NCBI RefSeq assembly: GCF_036321535.1
Contig: NC_087472.1
Span: 94,862,001-94,926,000, forward strand
Reading direction: 5' to 3'
Length of the DNA stretch: 64,000 nt
DNA from: Camelus dromedarius
Taxonomy: Eukaryota
Shown: positions 1-11,099 of the stretch, in pieces
Position numbering within the stretch: the stretch's first letter is position 1
Layout: each line of letters starts with the position of its first letter
Made by a program: the position numbers and the translations under genes
The notes under the pieces: model-generated
The model's input: only the letters and a program-made list of their open reading frames with translations
Databases searched by the model: none
What the model was told of the DNA's origin: nothing

Positions 1-504
1 AGTAAGAAGTAACATTAAGCCTTTTTATGTTGTATCTGTATATGTATGTGTTATAAGTGTTCCAGAAATTATGTGAAATTACTGGAAGTCTCATATGTCC
101 TGGCATAAAGTGTTGTCTGTCATCAAAATTGAAGCTCACACTAAAAGGACTAAGTGCAAGTATCAGGGAAACACCATAGCTGACTTTTATGCACAGGCAG
201 CAACAACCAAAGATCCGTAAAGATCTACGAGAGCACATGTGGATGAAACCTATTTTGCTTCTGCAAAAAAAATTGACCCATCACCACCAGACATTTGCCA
301 TCCTGGTGTCCATATAACATGGCACCAGTCTGTTCAAAAAATGGAGAAATTAAATGGCTAAACAATAGCTATAAATTAAACAAACCATTTGGGGCTGTGA
401 GAAACCCAAGATAGCCCCTTGGTTCTTTTCATCTCTTTTGCAAACCCCATTTTTTTGTTGTTTTTTTGCATTTCTTAACCCACTATAGTGCACTTAAGGT
501 GATT

Positions 505-675
505 CAACTTGTAAATAACAAGGTCCTACTGTATAGCACAGGGAATTACATTCAACATCTTGTAATAACCTATAATGGAAAAGAATATGTATATATAAAT
601 GTATAACTGAATTACTTTGCTGTACACCAGAAACTAACATAACATTGTAAATCAACTTTACTTCAATTAAAAAAA
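505..675 (+). mobile_element. L1 3' end fragment, cetartiodactyl L1_Art-like
   Basis: aacaaggtcctactgtatagcacagggaa...tgctgtacaccagaaactaac...cttcaattaaaaaaa resembles the recalled artiodactyl L1 3' terminus with A tail. Confidence 0.75.
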
Positions 676-1773
676 TTGTAAATAGACATTTGTAGGAAGA
701 TTTCTATAAAATTGTGAAAAGAGTCTACCAGCAGTGTCTACCTGTCAGGTTCATAACCCTGGGAAGGAAAAATAAAAAAATTTTTGTCCACAGAGGCCTC
801 AGACCTCCTCTTTCTGGATCCTTTGAACACCTGCAACTGAACTTCATTCAATTCCCACTTAGCATGAGTTATCAAAATGTTCTTGTTTTTGTGTGTATAT
901 TTTCTGGATTGGTTGGAGATTATAAGGCTGATGCCCTCACGGTGGCAAATAAACTGTTAAAAAATGTGTTCGCCACTTGGGGTATACCTTTCATAATATT
1001 CAGGGATTAAGGCACCTACTTCACTGGGCAAATCAAATGAGCCTTAACAAAAACCTTGCAAACTTCTTGAAATTATCACTATCACCCTTAATCATTAGGC
1101 AAGGTCAACAGAACTAATGGAAAAACTGAACTCAAGCAGAATAAGAATTAATAACATGGGATGAATAAATTGATGCATATGATTATAATTTTCATGACTT
1201 TTTGTCTAAAATATTTTAATCTTTTGTTTTCCATATATAAGAAATTTTTAAAGACTTCTAGCAATTTGATAAAATATACCTTTGTAAGTAGAATTGAAAC
1301 ATTTATCCTTTTCTCCCTACCTGATCCCTCCAGAATTCAGAAACTCTTAGGGAGTATTCTTATTTTCTTGGCAACACAGTTATTTGCGTAAGTTCAATAA
1401 GAATCTGTTCTCCTTACAACAGGACACAATTGGAAACATTGATTATATTAACAAGGCTTTGACTGGAATGTCCTATTTGACAGAGACACATGTAGATTCA
1501 GATAAGACCAGACAGCTTGAAGGAACTATGGTTGACTTTATGGAGCCATAAAACCCTTGGAAAACCAGCCTGGGACCTTGCTGACCGAGTTCCCAGCAGC
1601 CTTACCAGGTAAGGAAGGTCACTTCCAGGCAGGTGCAAGAACTTCAGGATATTTTGAGGACCTCAAGAAGAAACAATTTCACCCAAGTCTATAGGTAAAA
1701 AGGCAAGTCTGATGACAAATCTTTGGCATGGCTCCCTGGCCTTGAGAGGCTATTAAAATTTCATTCTAGAGGC

Positions 1774-2047
1774 TTTTTTTTTTTTTTTTTTTTTTGGTAT
1801 ATGCACCTTATCTTTATTTTTTTAACTTTTTTTTTTATTGAGTTATAGTCATTTTACAATGTTGTGTCAAATTCCAGTGTAGAGCACAATTTTTCAGTTA
1901 TACATGAGCATACATATATTCATTGTCACATTTTTTTCACTGTGAGCTACCACAAGATCTTGTATATATTTCCCTGTGCTATACAGTATAATCTTGTTTA
2001 TCTATTCTACACATGCCTATCAGTATCTACATATTTTGAACTCACAG
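1774..2047 (-). mobile_element. Young 5'-truncated L1 3' end (camelid-like) with poly(A) tail and TSD
   Basis: Long T run at 1774-1796, L1 3' UTR sequence, and flanking TCTAGAGGC (1765-1773) / TCTAGAGAC (2048-2056) target-site duplication. Confidence 0.75.
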
Positions 2048-2943
2048 TCTAGAGACTCCTTTTGAAAAGTTACAGTAAAACAGATTTAAAAGAGCCTATA
2101 TGGCCAATTGCTATTCTTGCTGGACTTAACATAAATAATCAGGCCAGGTTTATTGAATCTAGATTTATTTTGCAAACAAATTAGTCTAATTTGGCTATCT
2201 AGTAGAAATGAAGGAGACTTTAGAGGGAAATATTATGGTTCAATGGAAACTATAATACACACTTGTGGATATTAGATTCTAGTGCTATTAATTTTCCTTG
2301 AAGTTTTGTTCTTTACCTGTAAACTGGACTGGATCTTGAATTTTTCTAGTTTCCTCCAATATCTGGCTACAACTCTCTAAACTGTTTCCAATTTTCTCCC
2401 ACCCTTTTGAATTGAATCAATGAGAACTAAAACTGCCCTTTTCCTGAAGCCTTGCAAACTAAAGCTAGATGACTTGATATAAACATGAGAGAAGTCACCA
2501 CAACAGCTAGTATTTAAATAGACTTCCTGCCTATTGCTGTATAAGACACCCAGAAAGTTTACCTGAACACCCAGTGACAACATCAGAGACATTTCAAACT
2601 GCAAAACATGCTTCCATCCTGACATCTAGAAATCTTGACTGACTGCCCCTGGGCTCAGAAACTGGTTTATAATCTGCTCCAGTCATTAACCTTTGTTTTT
2701 CTTTGGTCTCCATAGAAATGCCCCTTAATAAATACCTGATTACTTGCACTGTAGACCTAGCTGTGGGAGCTCATCTGTATCACTGCCTCCTGAGATGAGA
2801 TACAACTAACTGACCTGACCTGTTCTCAGAACTAAGAAACTGGTTCCGTGAAATGGAGGACTCTACTAACACATTCTCTCTCTACAGTGACCAGCTCAGC
2901 TTTTAATAGGTGAAACTTCCAGGGAACTTTCAGAGGAGGGAAC

Positions 2944-3487
2944 TGTTGAGGCTCAGGGCTGGCTGCCCCAAAATACACCACAATGGCATATTGATTATTT
3001 TGAATTAAGGTTACTTAAGAAATGGCCAAAGTAAGCAGGGCACTCTGACCTTCCTTTCTGTCTCCCTAAAAGCAGGAAATAAATCTCTCATGTGAAAATG
3101 CACTCACTGCATCTGAAGGTAGAAGGACACCCTTATCACCAGGAATAGGGAATTCAGACGGGGAAGCCTCTATAAACAAAACGCCATACTTCTTCAATTT
3201 ACTACCTCAAGCCCAAAGTCTGTGTAGACTCTTCACTTATTTAGCACTTGAAACCTAAGTTTCTTTGTCCTGTCGATTCCTCACAAATTTATTGTTTCTT
3301 TGTCTGACAACTATAAAAGCTGCCTGCTCTGGCCGCTTCCTAGGTCCCATTTCTGTGACACCTTCATGCACATGAATTACAATTTGTTTCTTTTTCTCCT
3401 GTTAATCTGTCTTGTGTCAGTATTATTATTATTCCAACAACAAGAACTTGAGATGGGTAGAGGGGGGAGTTTCCTGACCCCCCTACA
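2944..3487 (+). mobile_element. ERV1 3' LTR (MER34/MER39-like)
   Basis: TG...CA ends, PPT directly upstream, ccccaaaata...ggcatattgattattttgaatt motif, TATAAAA near 3312. Confidence 0.65.
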
Positions 3488-3610
3488 CACACCCCAAGGC
3501 AGTTCACCCTTATTTCTCAGAAACTCCCCAGAGATAACGTGCATAGAACCCCTGTCTGTGTACTGTATTCTCGTGCATTGAGATAAGAGCAAAGGCACCT
3601 TTGATTTCTG

Positions 3611-3991
3611 TGTGAAAGGGGATGAATTGTGTCCCTCCAAAAATTCACATTGAAGGCATAATCCCCAGTACCTCAGAATGCAACTGTAGTTGGAGATAAG
3701 GTCTTTAAAGAGATGGTTAAGTTAAAATGAGGCCTTTAGGGTTGGCCAAAACCCAATCAGACTGGTGTCCTTATCAGAAGAGATTAGGACACAAAGGGAG
3801 AGGCCAGGGATGCATGCACAGAAAGGGACAGCCAAAGAAGGCGGCCATCTGCCAGCCAAGGAAAGAGGCCTCAGAGGAAACCAGCCCTGATCATGGACTT
3901 TCAGCCTCCAGAACTGTGAGAAAATAAATTTTCTTTGTTTAAGCCACCCAGACTGCGGTATTTTGTTATGGAAGCCCTACCAAATCAATAC
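3611..3991 (+). mobile_element. MaLR LTR (MLT1-type)
   Basis: gaattgtgtccctccaaaaattca...cagcctccagaactgtgagaaaataaattt...tttaagccaccca, typical MLT1 hallmarks. Confidence 0.8.
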
Positions 3992-4079
3992 ACTGCCCCA
4001 GGAGGAAATTTATTTCTGGATTATCTGCAATCCAAAAGTAATTCATAAAAGCATGTTTTAACGACCTCCTGGTTATTCT

Positions 4080-4557
4080 GTGGGTTGAGGAAGGTGTTTC
4101 CACACTACGCATATGTGGTGTCCAAACACACAACAATGGACACTGGAGAGATGAGATAGCCACTTACTAATCATTATACTCACAGGCCAGGGGAGGAGGA
4201 CACTGCATGTCCCACAGAGCAAATTGGCAGTTGCACTCAGGAACAAAGTGAATAAGCAGGGTCTGTGGGAGGCAGGGTTTATAGCATCAAGAAAGTGAGG
4301 TGACTGCTAGTTCCCACTGCAGCATGTAATCAGTTTTGAATAATTCCACAGGCGGGGAGGGAACAGAAACCCGATACTTAGGAATAAGCGAGATGTGTGT
4401 GCCTTGTCCCCTTGATAAATATGGTTGTTTGAAAGTGGACCTTATCTGCAAGTACAGAGTGTAGAGGATAACTTGCAGTTAGGCAATTTGAGGCCCTGCT
4501 GGTTTCATGAAATGTTCAGGCAGCACATAATACTGGACCTTAATTTTACACCTTACA
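4080..4557 (-). mobile_element. Old solo LTR, family uncertain (ERVL-like)
   Basis: TG...CA bounded; the minus strand starts TGTAAGGTGTAAAATTAAGGTCCAGTATTATGTGCTGCC. Confidence 0.45.
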
Positions 4558-5126
4558 CCCCAGTGCAGTTTTCCATTCAAAGGTTTTCTCTCTAGCCCGC
4601 CATGTAGCTTAACGTAAAATTAGGCCGCACAGATTGACTTGCAGCTTCCCAAATCTTAACCTGCCTTGCCTCAGGGAATTGACACTTCACTGCTCTCACC
4701 TGGAATGCCTTCTCCTCTCACCCATTCTTTTTGCTTTCCTGTAAGTCATAGAGGGTATCTCACCCCTTCCTTATGTGATTGCAGCTCCTAGCTTCTATAG
4801 CTGTATGGGCAGAGGCTGGATCTTTATCTTAGCACCCCCATTACTAGCACAGGGCCTTCCAAAGAGCAGATGCTCAGTTGATGTTTGGGAGATAAAAAAG
4901 CGAGTACGAGGTCTACTTGTTAAGATTTAATACCTACTCGTTCTTTAATAAGCTAAGCATATTGAGGTATAAATCATTTAATTTTATAAAACAAAAGGCT
5001 GAAAGGATTAAGAAAAATCAAGGTTGATCATCTTTTATTATTTTTTTTCATTTCATCATCCCAACAATTTTATTGTGAGATTCTTTCCCATTTCCACAAA
5101 AATCTCTATTGTGATGTCATATTTTC

Positions 5127-6197
5127 TTATATGGATGATGTTTTTAAAAAGTCTCGGATTTCAGCAGGGGTGAGAGTAGATGCTGGACATGGCCATGGAA
5201 CATGCCTGGAAGTAACAGTCATGCCAGGCCTGGCTGCAACTCTGGCTCTCTCTTCCTCATCTTGCAAAGCTTCTTTATATTGTGATGGGAAGGCACTGGG
5301 AACTGTATCATTGACCTTGGCCAAAAATTCCAAGACTTTCATTTTGCTGGTTTCAGCGTGGGCTTTTGGGCCCCAGAGGAATTCAAAGCGTGGAGGATCA
5401 CTGTCGGGCACCTGGCGGTACTCCAAGTACTTCAGCCTCACTAAGTCTTTGGTAATGAGCTTCCTAGGCTCCCCGTAGATGAAGTGCTTCCTCCCAGCAT
5501 AGACTCGAATCATATTCAGGAATTTCCAGATGTCTTCCTCGGCGGCACAGTTGCCCTTCATGAAAATCACACCCAGGATTGTCATCAGGAGACCGGTCTT
5601 GGGTAACCCCCTGCCAGGACGCACCCTCCCATTGTTGGGGAGCTTCAGTTTGCTGACAAGATCATAGCAGTGACTGGTTGAGTCGACTTCCTTCACATCT
5701 ACCGCAAAGACAGTCTCAATGCGCTCAGAGGCTTTCTTGAGAATCTCATCAAATTGGTCGTGGTAGTTTTGGTGGACCATCTTCAGCATGTCTTCCTTCA
5801 TAATGGGCTGCTTCATTTTATACTTGTACAAAAGGAACTGCTCCAACAAACTCACCTTGCTAGTTAGAGTATCACTGCATATGCCCTCAGTAGAAGGTGA
5901 GACATTGGAGGAAGATGGATGTTCGTCATCTAGGCTGTTATCATCTTTATCAGGTCTTGTGCCAAAAGTACTTAAAGAAGTGGTGATAGTAGATGGGGCT
6001 TTCAAAGATCCCTGGGAAGTGCTGTTTGACTCAGTAGCTGAAGAGCTCTGGGGGTCATCTTCCAAAACAGTAGAAGAGGAGGAGGGAGGCTCTTCTATTG
6101 CTGCAATGGCCTGAACTCTCCTGTGACTCTGGGAGACGTCTCGGGCCTGGCGGCGTTTCTCACGGGTGCGGAGCTTACTCTTCTGACCCCGAGGCAT
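5127..6197 (-). CDS. MAGEB5: Melanoma-associated antigen B5-like protein, single coding exon, 356 aa from MPRGQK
   Basis: MAGE homology domain ([52 protein letters not shown]). Segments SPSTE..C..KV.LLEQFLLYK, VFAVD, YDLVSKLKLPNNGR and SQY.EALQDEEE match human MAGEB5 as recalled. The ATG is at 6197; the ORF-track start at 6218 is a TTG. A splice-acceptor-like CAG lies at 6260-6262. Confidence 0.85.
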   Translation of the reverse strand: MPRGQKSKLRTREKRRQARDVSQSHRRVQAIAAIEEPPSSSSTVLEDDPQSSSATESNSTSQGSLKAPSTITTSLSTFGTRPDKDDNSLDDEHPSSSNVSPSTEGICSDTLTSKVSLLEQFLLYKYKMKQPIMKEDMLKMVHQNYHDQFDEILKKASERIETVFAVDVKEVDSTSHCYDLVSKLKLPNNGRVRPGRGLPKTGLLMTILGVIFMKGNCAAEEDIWKFLNMIRVYAGRKHFIYGEPRKLITKDLVRLKYLEYRQVPDSDPPRFEFLWGPKAHAETSKMKVLEFLAKVNDTVPSAFPSQYKEALQDEEERARVAARPGMTVTSRHVPWPCPASTLTPAEIRDFLKTSSI

Positions 6198-6429
6198 AGT
6201 GACTGTGCTTAGGGACAAGGGTCAGGAGTGTGAGTAGGAGGGAGGGTGGTAAGGGCCCACTGGATAAGGAAGGTTGAGAGAGTGTGTGCAGCTTCAGCAG
6301 GGAGATACCACCTCGGTTATAAGGAAGGCTACATTTGTAGTTTTCCTCGAGGACACTGCTCTACAGACCCAACAGGCTCCTGTTCTCCTAATCAGCCTGT
6401 CCTTTGGGAAACCTGTTGAAGGAAATTAA

Positions 6430-7840
6430 AGTGATCTTTAGGCTGCATCCTGCCACCCCTGCCTCAGGCATACTGGGGTGACAGCAGGGGCTGGAAGTCT
6501 TCTACATTGAGGAGTCTCTTATTTCCCATTCAAGACCATTATTCAACTGGTAGCAGGTCATGGGACCCATTCCTGCTGCTGTTTTGAGGATGACATTACA
6601 AACCTCCCTGGGATCTACGAGAAGGAACTAAAGGGAGTCCTCAACTTATCATCCCTGTTCAAGTGCTCCCAGTGCTGACTGCTCAGTGGGGAGTTTTCTG
6701 TCCTGGCCTCTTTGGGGTCCTCAGTCCTCATTAAGGGTCCTTACTTTGGCTCCACATAGGGCCTGATAATCCCACCCCTTTCACTTAATGGTGGCTGCGC
6801 CTTCAAACTAAATATTTCACCTCCCATAGACTTGATATAAATAAGTGTTGGGGTAGCTTAAATTTGATAGCCCTGCCCTGGGTCTTCTAGGGCTGTAACC
6901 AGGGCCAGTGCCAGATTCTTTATCACTTCTCTTTAGTGGTAGATGATCCCTCAGTGCTTGCTTTGACCCCTGTCATGGCCTAGAACTCCTCCCTCCCTAA
7001 CACTTCAGCCTTATACTAAGACCAGCACCACCCTGAGACCCCTAGGAGGAAGTGAGGATCTCCTCATCTGACCATACCTGTCCTTGGTCTTCTGAGGCTG
7101 AGAGTAAGGAATTAATTCTATGGTTATGGGGCGTGTAGTTCCCCTAGTCCTCAGGGTATTCACTTGGCCTCTTGGAAAAACTGGAAACCACTGCTGGCCT
7201 TAGGCCATACCCCTTACAACATATCCCTCACCCTCTTGTGACATCATAGGAGGAAGTGAATATGTCACATCATGTCAACACTGCCCAGGTATCCCAGGGA
7301 TGCCAGGAAGGACAGGGTTCTGTGTGGTCCTGTCCGAGTTCTAAGGGTGGAGGGTTCCTGATGTCCTCACTCAGGGCTCTCACCTTGACTTGGCAGAGTT
7401 TGGGACTCCTTCATTTGCTTACCTAAGGATGCTCCCCTCAGACCAAGGCCCGCACTCTCTAAGGCATCGGAGAGGGAAAGTCTGGGAATGCAATGTGGGG
7501 GGTACTCCTACCTGTGCCCTTCTGGGAATGACATCAGGGTTCAGGTTCCTTGGGGCCCTTTCTTGTCAGGGTAAGGGTGTGCCCTCAGTCCTCACTCAAG
7601 TTCCTCACCTTGACTCCTAAAGGGCCGTGGGTTTCCTCTTTCTTTCAACTTAAGTTCCCCTGTGTAGACCAAAGCTTTTAGTCCCTGTGAACCCTGAAAA
7701 TAAGTGAGGGGATGCTCAGCCTGGCAGCCCTGCCTTGGCTTTCTAAGTATGAGCAGACCAGGCCAGTCTCTCTGTGACTTCACTTATTATGTGGTGTTTG
7801 TCTCCTCTGACCTCATTCATCAGTCTTCATCTTGATTCCT
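6430..7840 (-). repeat. Degenerate ~200-bp MAGE 5' module array (candidate alternative first exons/promoters) of the MAGEB5-like gene
   Basis: Recurrent cctcagtcctcactcagg..ctcaccttgact, agaccaag and (g)gaagtga motifs, with anchors near 6625, 6840, 7050, 7254, 7480 and 7702. Confidence 0.65.
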
Positions 7841-9379
7841 ATCTCTTCTATGATAGTCTTCCTGGGAAATGCCACATCCTTAAAAACTCTTGATTAGTCT
7901 CCCTACAACAGACCTTGCCGAGAATGGGTCGAGTCCCATAAGTGATGTGAGATGGGAAAGCTGCAGCCAAGGAGTGGCCCCAGCACGGGTGGTGTGCAAT
8001 CAGAGAAAACACACTGATCTCTTCCTTGTCTTCACTGGCCAGACATAGGCTCTTACCTCAATTCTAATTGGATTTACTTTCCACAGGGAAGGAGCTGAAC
8101 TAAATGATTTTGTGGGCCCCTGATCTTTTTAGGTTTACTGACATTTCCTTCATAGATAATGATATTGTCACCGAGTGCTATCTTTTCATTCATACCTCAC
8201 TTTTATTTTGGTATTTTTATTGCTTATTCCTGGGGCTATTTTTTCCAAAACCATGTTTGTCTATGAAGTCCTTCTTTTTAACACCTGAAATACACTTTGG
8301 AGTAGTGAGCAGAAAAATGAATTAAATGGCACAAGGTCAGCCTCAGGCTGTGAGAAGTGGCACAGTGTGGGCTCTAGAGGAATTCAGAGCCAGAGTCCAA
8401 CCCACCTCTGTCACTTACCAGTCCTGAATTTGAGAACATTCCAACTTCTTCATCTGCAAAGTCTGATAAAGTAGGACCACACACATGTGTGATGTATGTA
8501 AGCCACCTGGCAGTGTGAGGCAGTGTGGTACTTTTAATGAATGGCAGTTATTACTAAGGATGATTTTTGACCCCGGATGATTACAACATTCCTTCACAGA
8601 ATTTTATTTCCAGCCTATATTGGAGAATATGCAACTCCAAACAGTATAGAAATCCACATCAGCCAAAATGCTGCCAAGCAAGTAAAACTAAGTATTTCCC
8701 TATTAGGGCATCTGTTATTTAATATGGGAATGGGGTTATCTTCTCCAGCTGGATGCAACCAAAAGTTCATTTGTCTCAAGGACCCAACAACTTCTCTCCC
8801 AGGTGCCTTTCATCCAAACCACCTCTAATTTCATTCATATCATTGCCACTAAAAATCAGCCCTCCTCCAATAGAGTTTGCCAAATTACACTCAAAAGAAC
8901 CTAATTAAAATGGCCTTTTAACGGAACAAGCCCTGGCTCTCCCATCCCATGAAGAGAGAGACAATCCAGTGACTTCATGGCATCTCACTTCAAGGGAATA
9001 TGACCCTTATTTCTCAGGAACTCTCTGGACAGCTAGTTTGAGTGTTCACTTGCCCTGGGGCAAGTGCACAGGACCTCTTCCATTCCCTAGGTAGAGATTC
9101 TCTGGTTTTTCCACATCCCAAAGTAACTATGAAGATCTGTTTTACATTCCAGGCTTAGACTCTCAACTCTGAGGACGACCATCTGAGGGTCTGGCACGGC
9201 ATCATCTAGCCCACCATGCATCCTGCCTGAAAATTACCTCCCGCCGAGGGTCTGGCAGTTTCTGAAGATTCAACACTGCCTTCATCAGGTAATTTACTCT
9301 TGGTTGCTCTCATTTGGAACCACCTCTTACACACCCCTTCTTTTTTACTTGTCATTCATTTATTTTGTAGGGTGTATCT

Positions 9380-9794
9380 TGTTGGTGTTGTGATATCATG
9401 TGCACATACACACCGTATGCAGAGAGAGCTGATGGCTACTCTGAAGCTTTATTAAGTTACACAGTCTTATATAGCTAAGAAGAATGACAAGGGAAATGGT
9501 TAACAGGCAGCATCTGGCTCAAGGTCAGAAGACCCTTTATGTTTTGGTAAATCATGTTCGTGTTGGCACCAGCGAGCCTTACAGCTTATCAGGGCGGAAT
9601 GTATGAGAAACAGCTGCTTAACAACATTCTTCTTGGCCTCAGGTGGCTGTGCCTGTCTTAGGTTGCCCCCCTATGGGGATCTTACCTGTCATTGGCTAAC
9701 CAGCCTTCTCACCTCTGAGTCTGCAGCTTATTATGACTTGTTTACCATTCCAGCCCAAAGCTCGTTTCTTTGTTCCCACAGTCAGGGGCCTGCA
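9380..9794 (-). repeat. 3' LTR of the provirus
   Basis: TG...CA ends; 8 mismatches counted by eye versus 13888-14302. Minus-strand TATATAA at 9467-9473 and AATAAA at 9448-9453. PPT AAAAAAGGGGGATA at 9795-9808. Confidence 0.95.
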
Positions 9795-9849
9795 TATCCC
9801 CCTTTTTTATTTTGTTTTAAAGCAGTGAAACAATCATGTTGTGTAGAGG

Positions 9850-11070
9850 CTAGCCACAACATAGCCAATGTTTGTTTTGAGCCTGTTGTTTTTTACATAA
9901 CCAACATATACACCGCAACATGCATGGGATAGCAATGCCAAGGAGGCAAAAAAGCCCTACAATGAGAAAGATTTGTAAATTTAGTTCTGAGAACCAATTT
10001 TTTGACTTGAGCCAATATAAGATATTTTGTATTTGTTTACTCTAAAAGTACATATAAACTTTGTTCATTAGACCAGGTTTTGTTAAGTGTTACAGGCAAC
10101 CAGACATGAGCTTTTTTTTTTAATACCATAACAACACATTTTTAGAGGTTACATTAGTATTGGATAAACAGAGCATTAAAAAGGCGAGGGTAAATTAACC
10201 AGATACAATTGATTAACAGTAATATTAGGCCTGTTAGGCCCCCACACCAAGATATATGGATGTGTAATACATATTATAACAGAATTGGAAACATTTTGTT
10301 TCAGTTTTATAGAGTATTTACCAGAATGGTTGTTATAGTGGCCATAATAAAGAACCCTGTTAATAAAAGGCAACCTTAACCTCCAAATTGTTTTATGTAT
10401 AGGATAAAAATTGTATTTCCATCCATGAGTTGTAGAATAGGCCCGGATAGACTGTGTTTACTCCATGTGATGGGCGCTGTGGAATTCGTATTGAATTGAA
10501 TGGTGATGTTGTTACTGCTTAAATGTCCATGAGGTTCCCAACTTAGTAGAGTCACGTTAAAAATGGAGCTTTTCTTAGGTTGAGGAATTTGACAAGGAGT
10601 CCATTGCACCAAGTAGAACTTATACTTCCAGTCCGGTTTTGGTCAGCAAATGAGTATAGGAGGAACTTGAGAGGCATTTACAAATGTTTTAAAGGATGTG
10701 GATATGGCAGTAATAAATGTAAAGTTTGTTGTAGTGTTTCCCTTTTTAGGTTGGTAATATAAATACAATTGAGCTTGTAATTGTATGCAAGGAGAATTAC
10801 TTGTGTTTTTAAATTGGATGCATATAGGAGGATTATAAGAGTACAGGATCAAAAAATCGTTGCTGCGCAGATAATTTCCAGTACTGGTCACCAGTGGGAC
10901 CCATGTTTCACCTGTTTACTCAGAATCATTAGAGGCAAGAGGGGGATCTGCATGCCACCAAGTTAAAGGTGTGAATAAAGGAGGGTTCAGTACATAAGCC
11001 CAATAAGATAGATTAAGCTCAGCATGCAAGCATGCAAAGAAGAAAGAAGTAAGTATAAGGGTATAGAACC
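9850..11070 (-). pseudogene. env: Betaretrovirus-type env remnant (SU present, TM largely deleted)
   Basis: ~10940-11010 reads LSYWAYVLNPPLFTPLTWWHADPP, matching the YWAY.P.PP motif of JSRV/HERV-K SU. ~10060-10110 reads AHVWLPVTLNKTWSN, resembling the SU C-terminus. Frameshifts present. Confidence 0.8.
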
Positions 11071-11099
11071 ATACTTTACCCATCTTCAGCTGTTCTTTT

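Larger units (their letters stand above)
1..2943 (+). mobile_element. Decayed ERV1 (gamma-like) internal region: RNase H and integrase remnants plus 3' internal sequence
   Basis: ~125-200 reads IEAHTKRTKCKYQGNTIADFYAQAA (RNase H H...GN..AD motif). ~810-1040 reads FEHLQLNFIQ...LVFVCIFSG...FATWGIP (integrase core). A purine tract AGAGGAGGG precedes an LTR starting TG at 2944. Interrupted by L1 pieces. Confidence 0.7.

Noticed and set aside
5131..6114. Plus-strand ORFs 5131-5478 and 5788-6114 (and 35215-36018)
   Set aside because: Antisense shadows of MAGE coding sequence.
6430..7840. CRISPR-like repeat-spacer interpretation of the periodic motifs
   Set aside because: Mammalian DNA; the units are degenerate whole-module duplications, not identical repeats with unique spacers.
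9603..9932. ORF repeated at 14111-14326, a possible LTR-encoded accessory or superantigen gene
   Set aside because: Antisense to the provirus, short, and repeated only because it lies in the LTR; no sag-like features.
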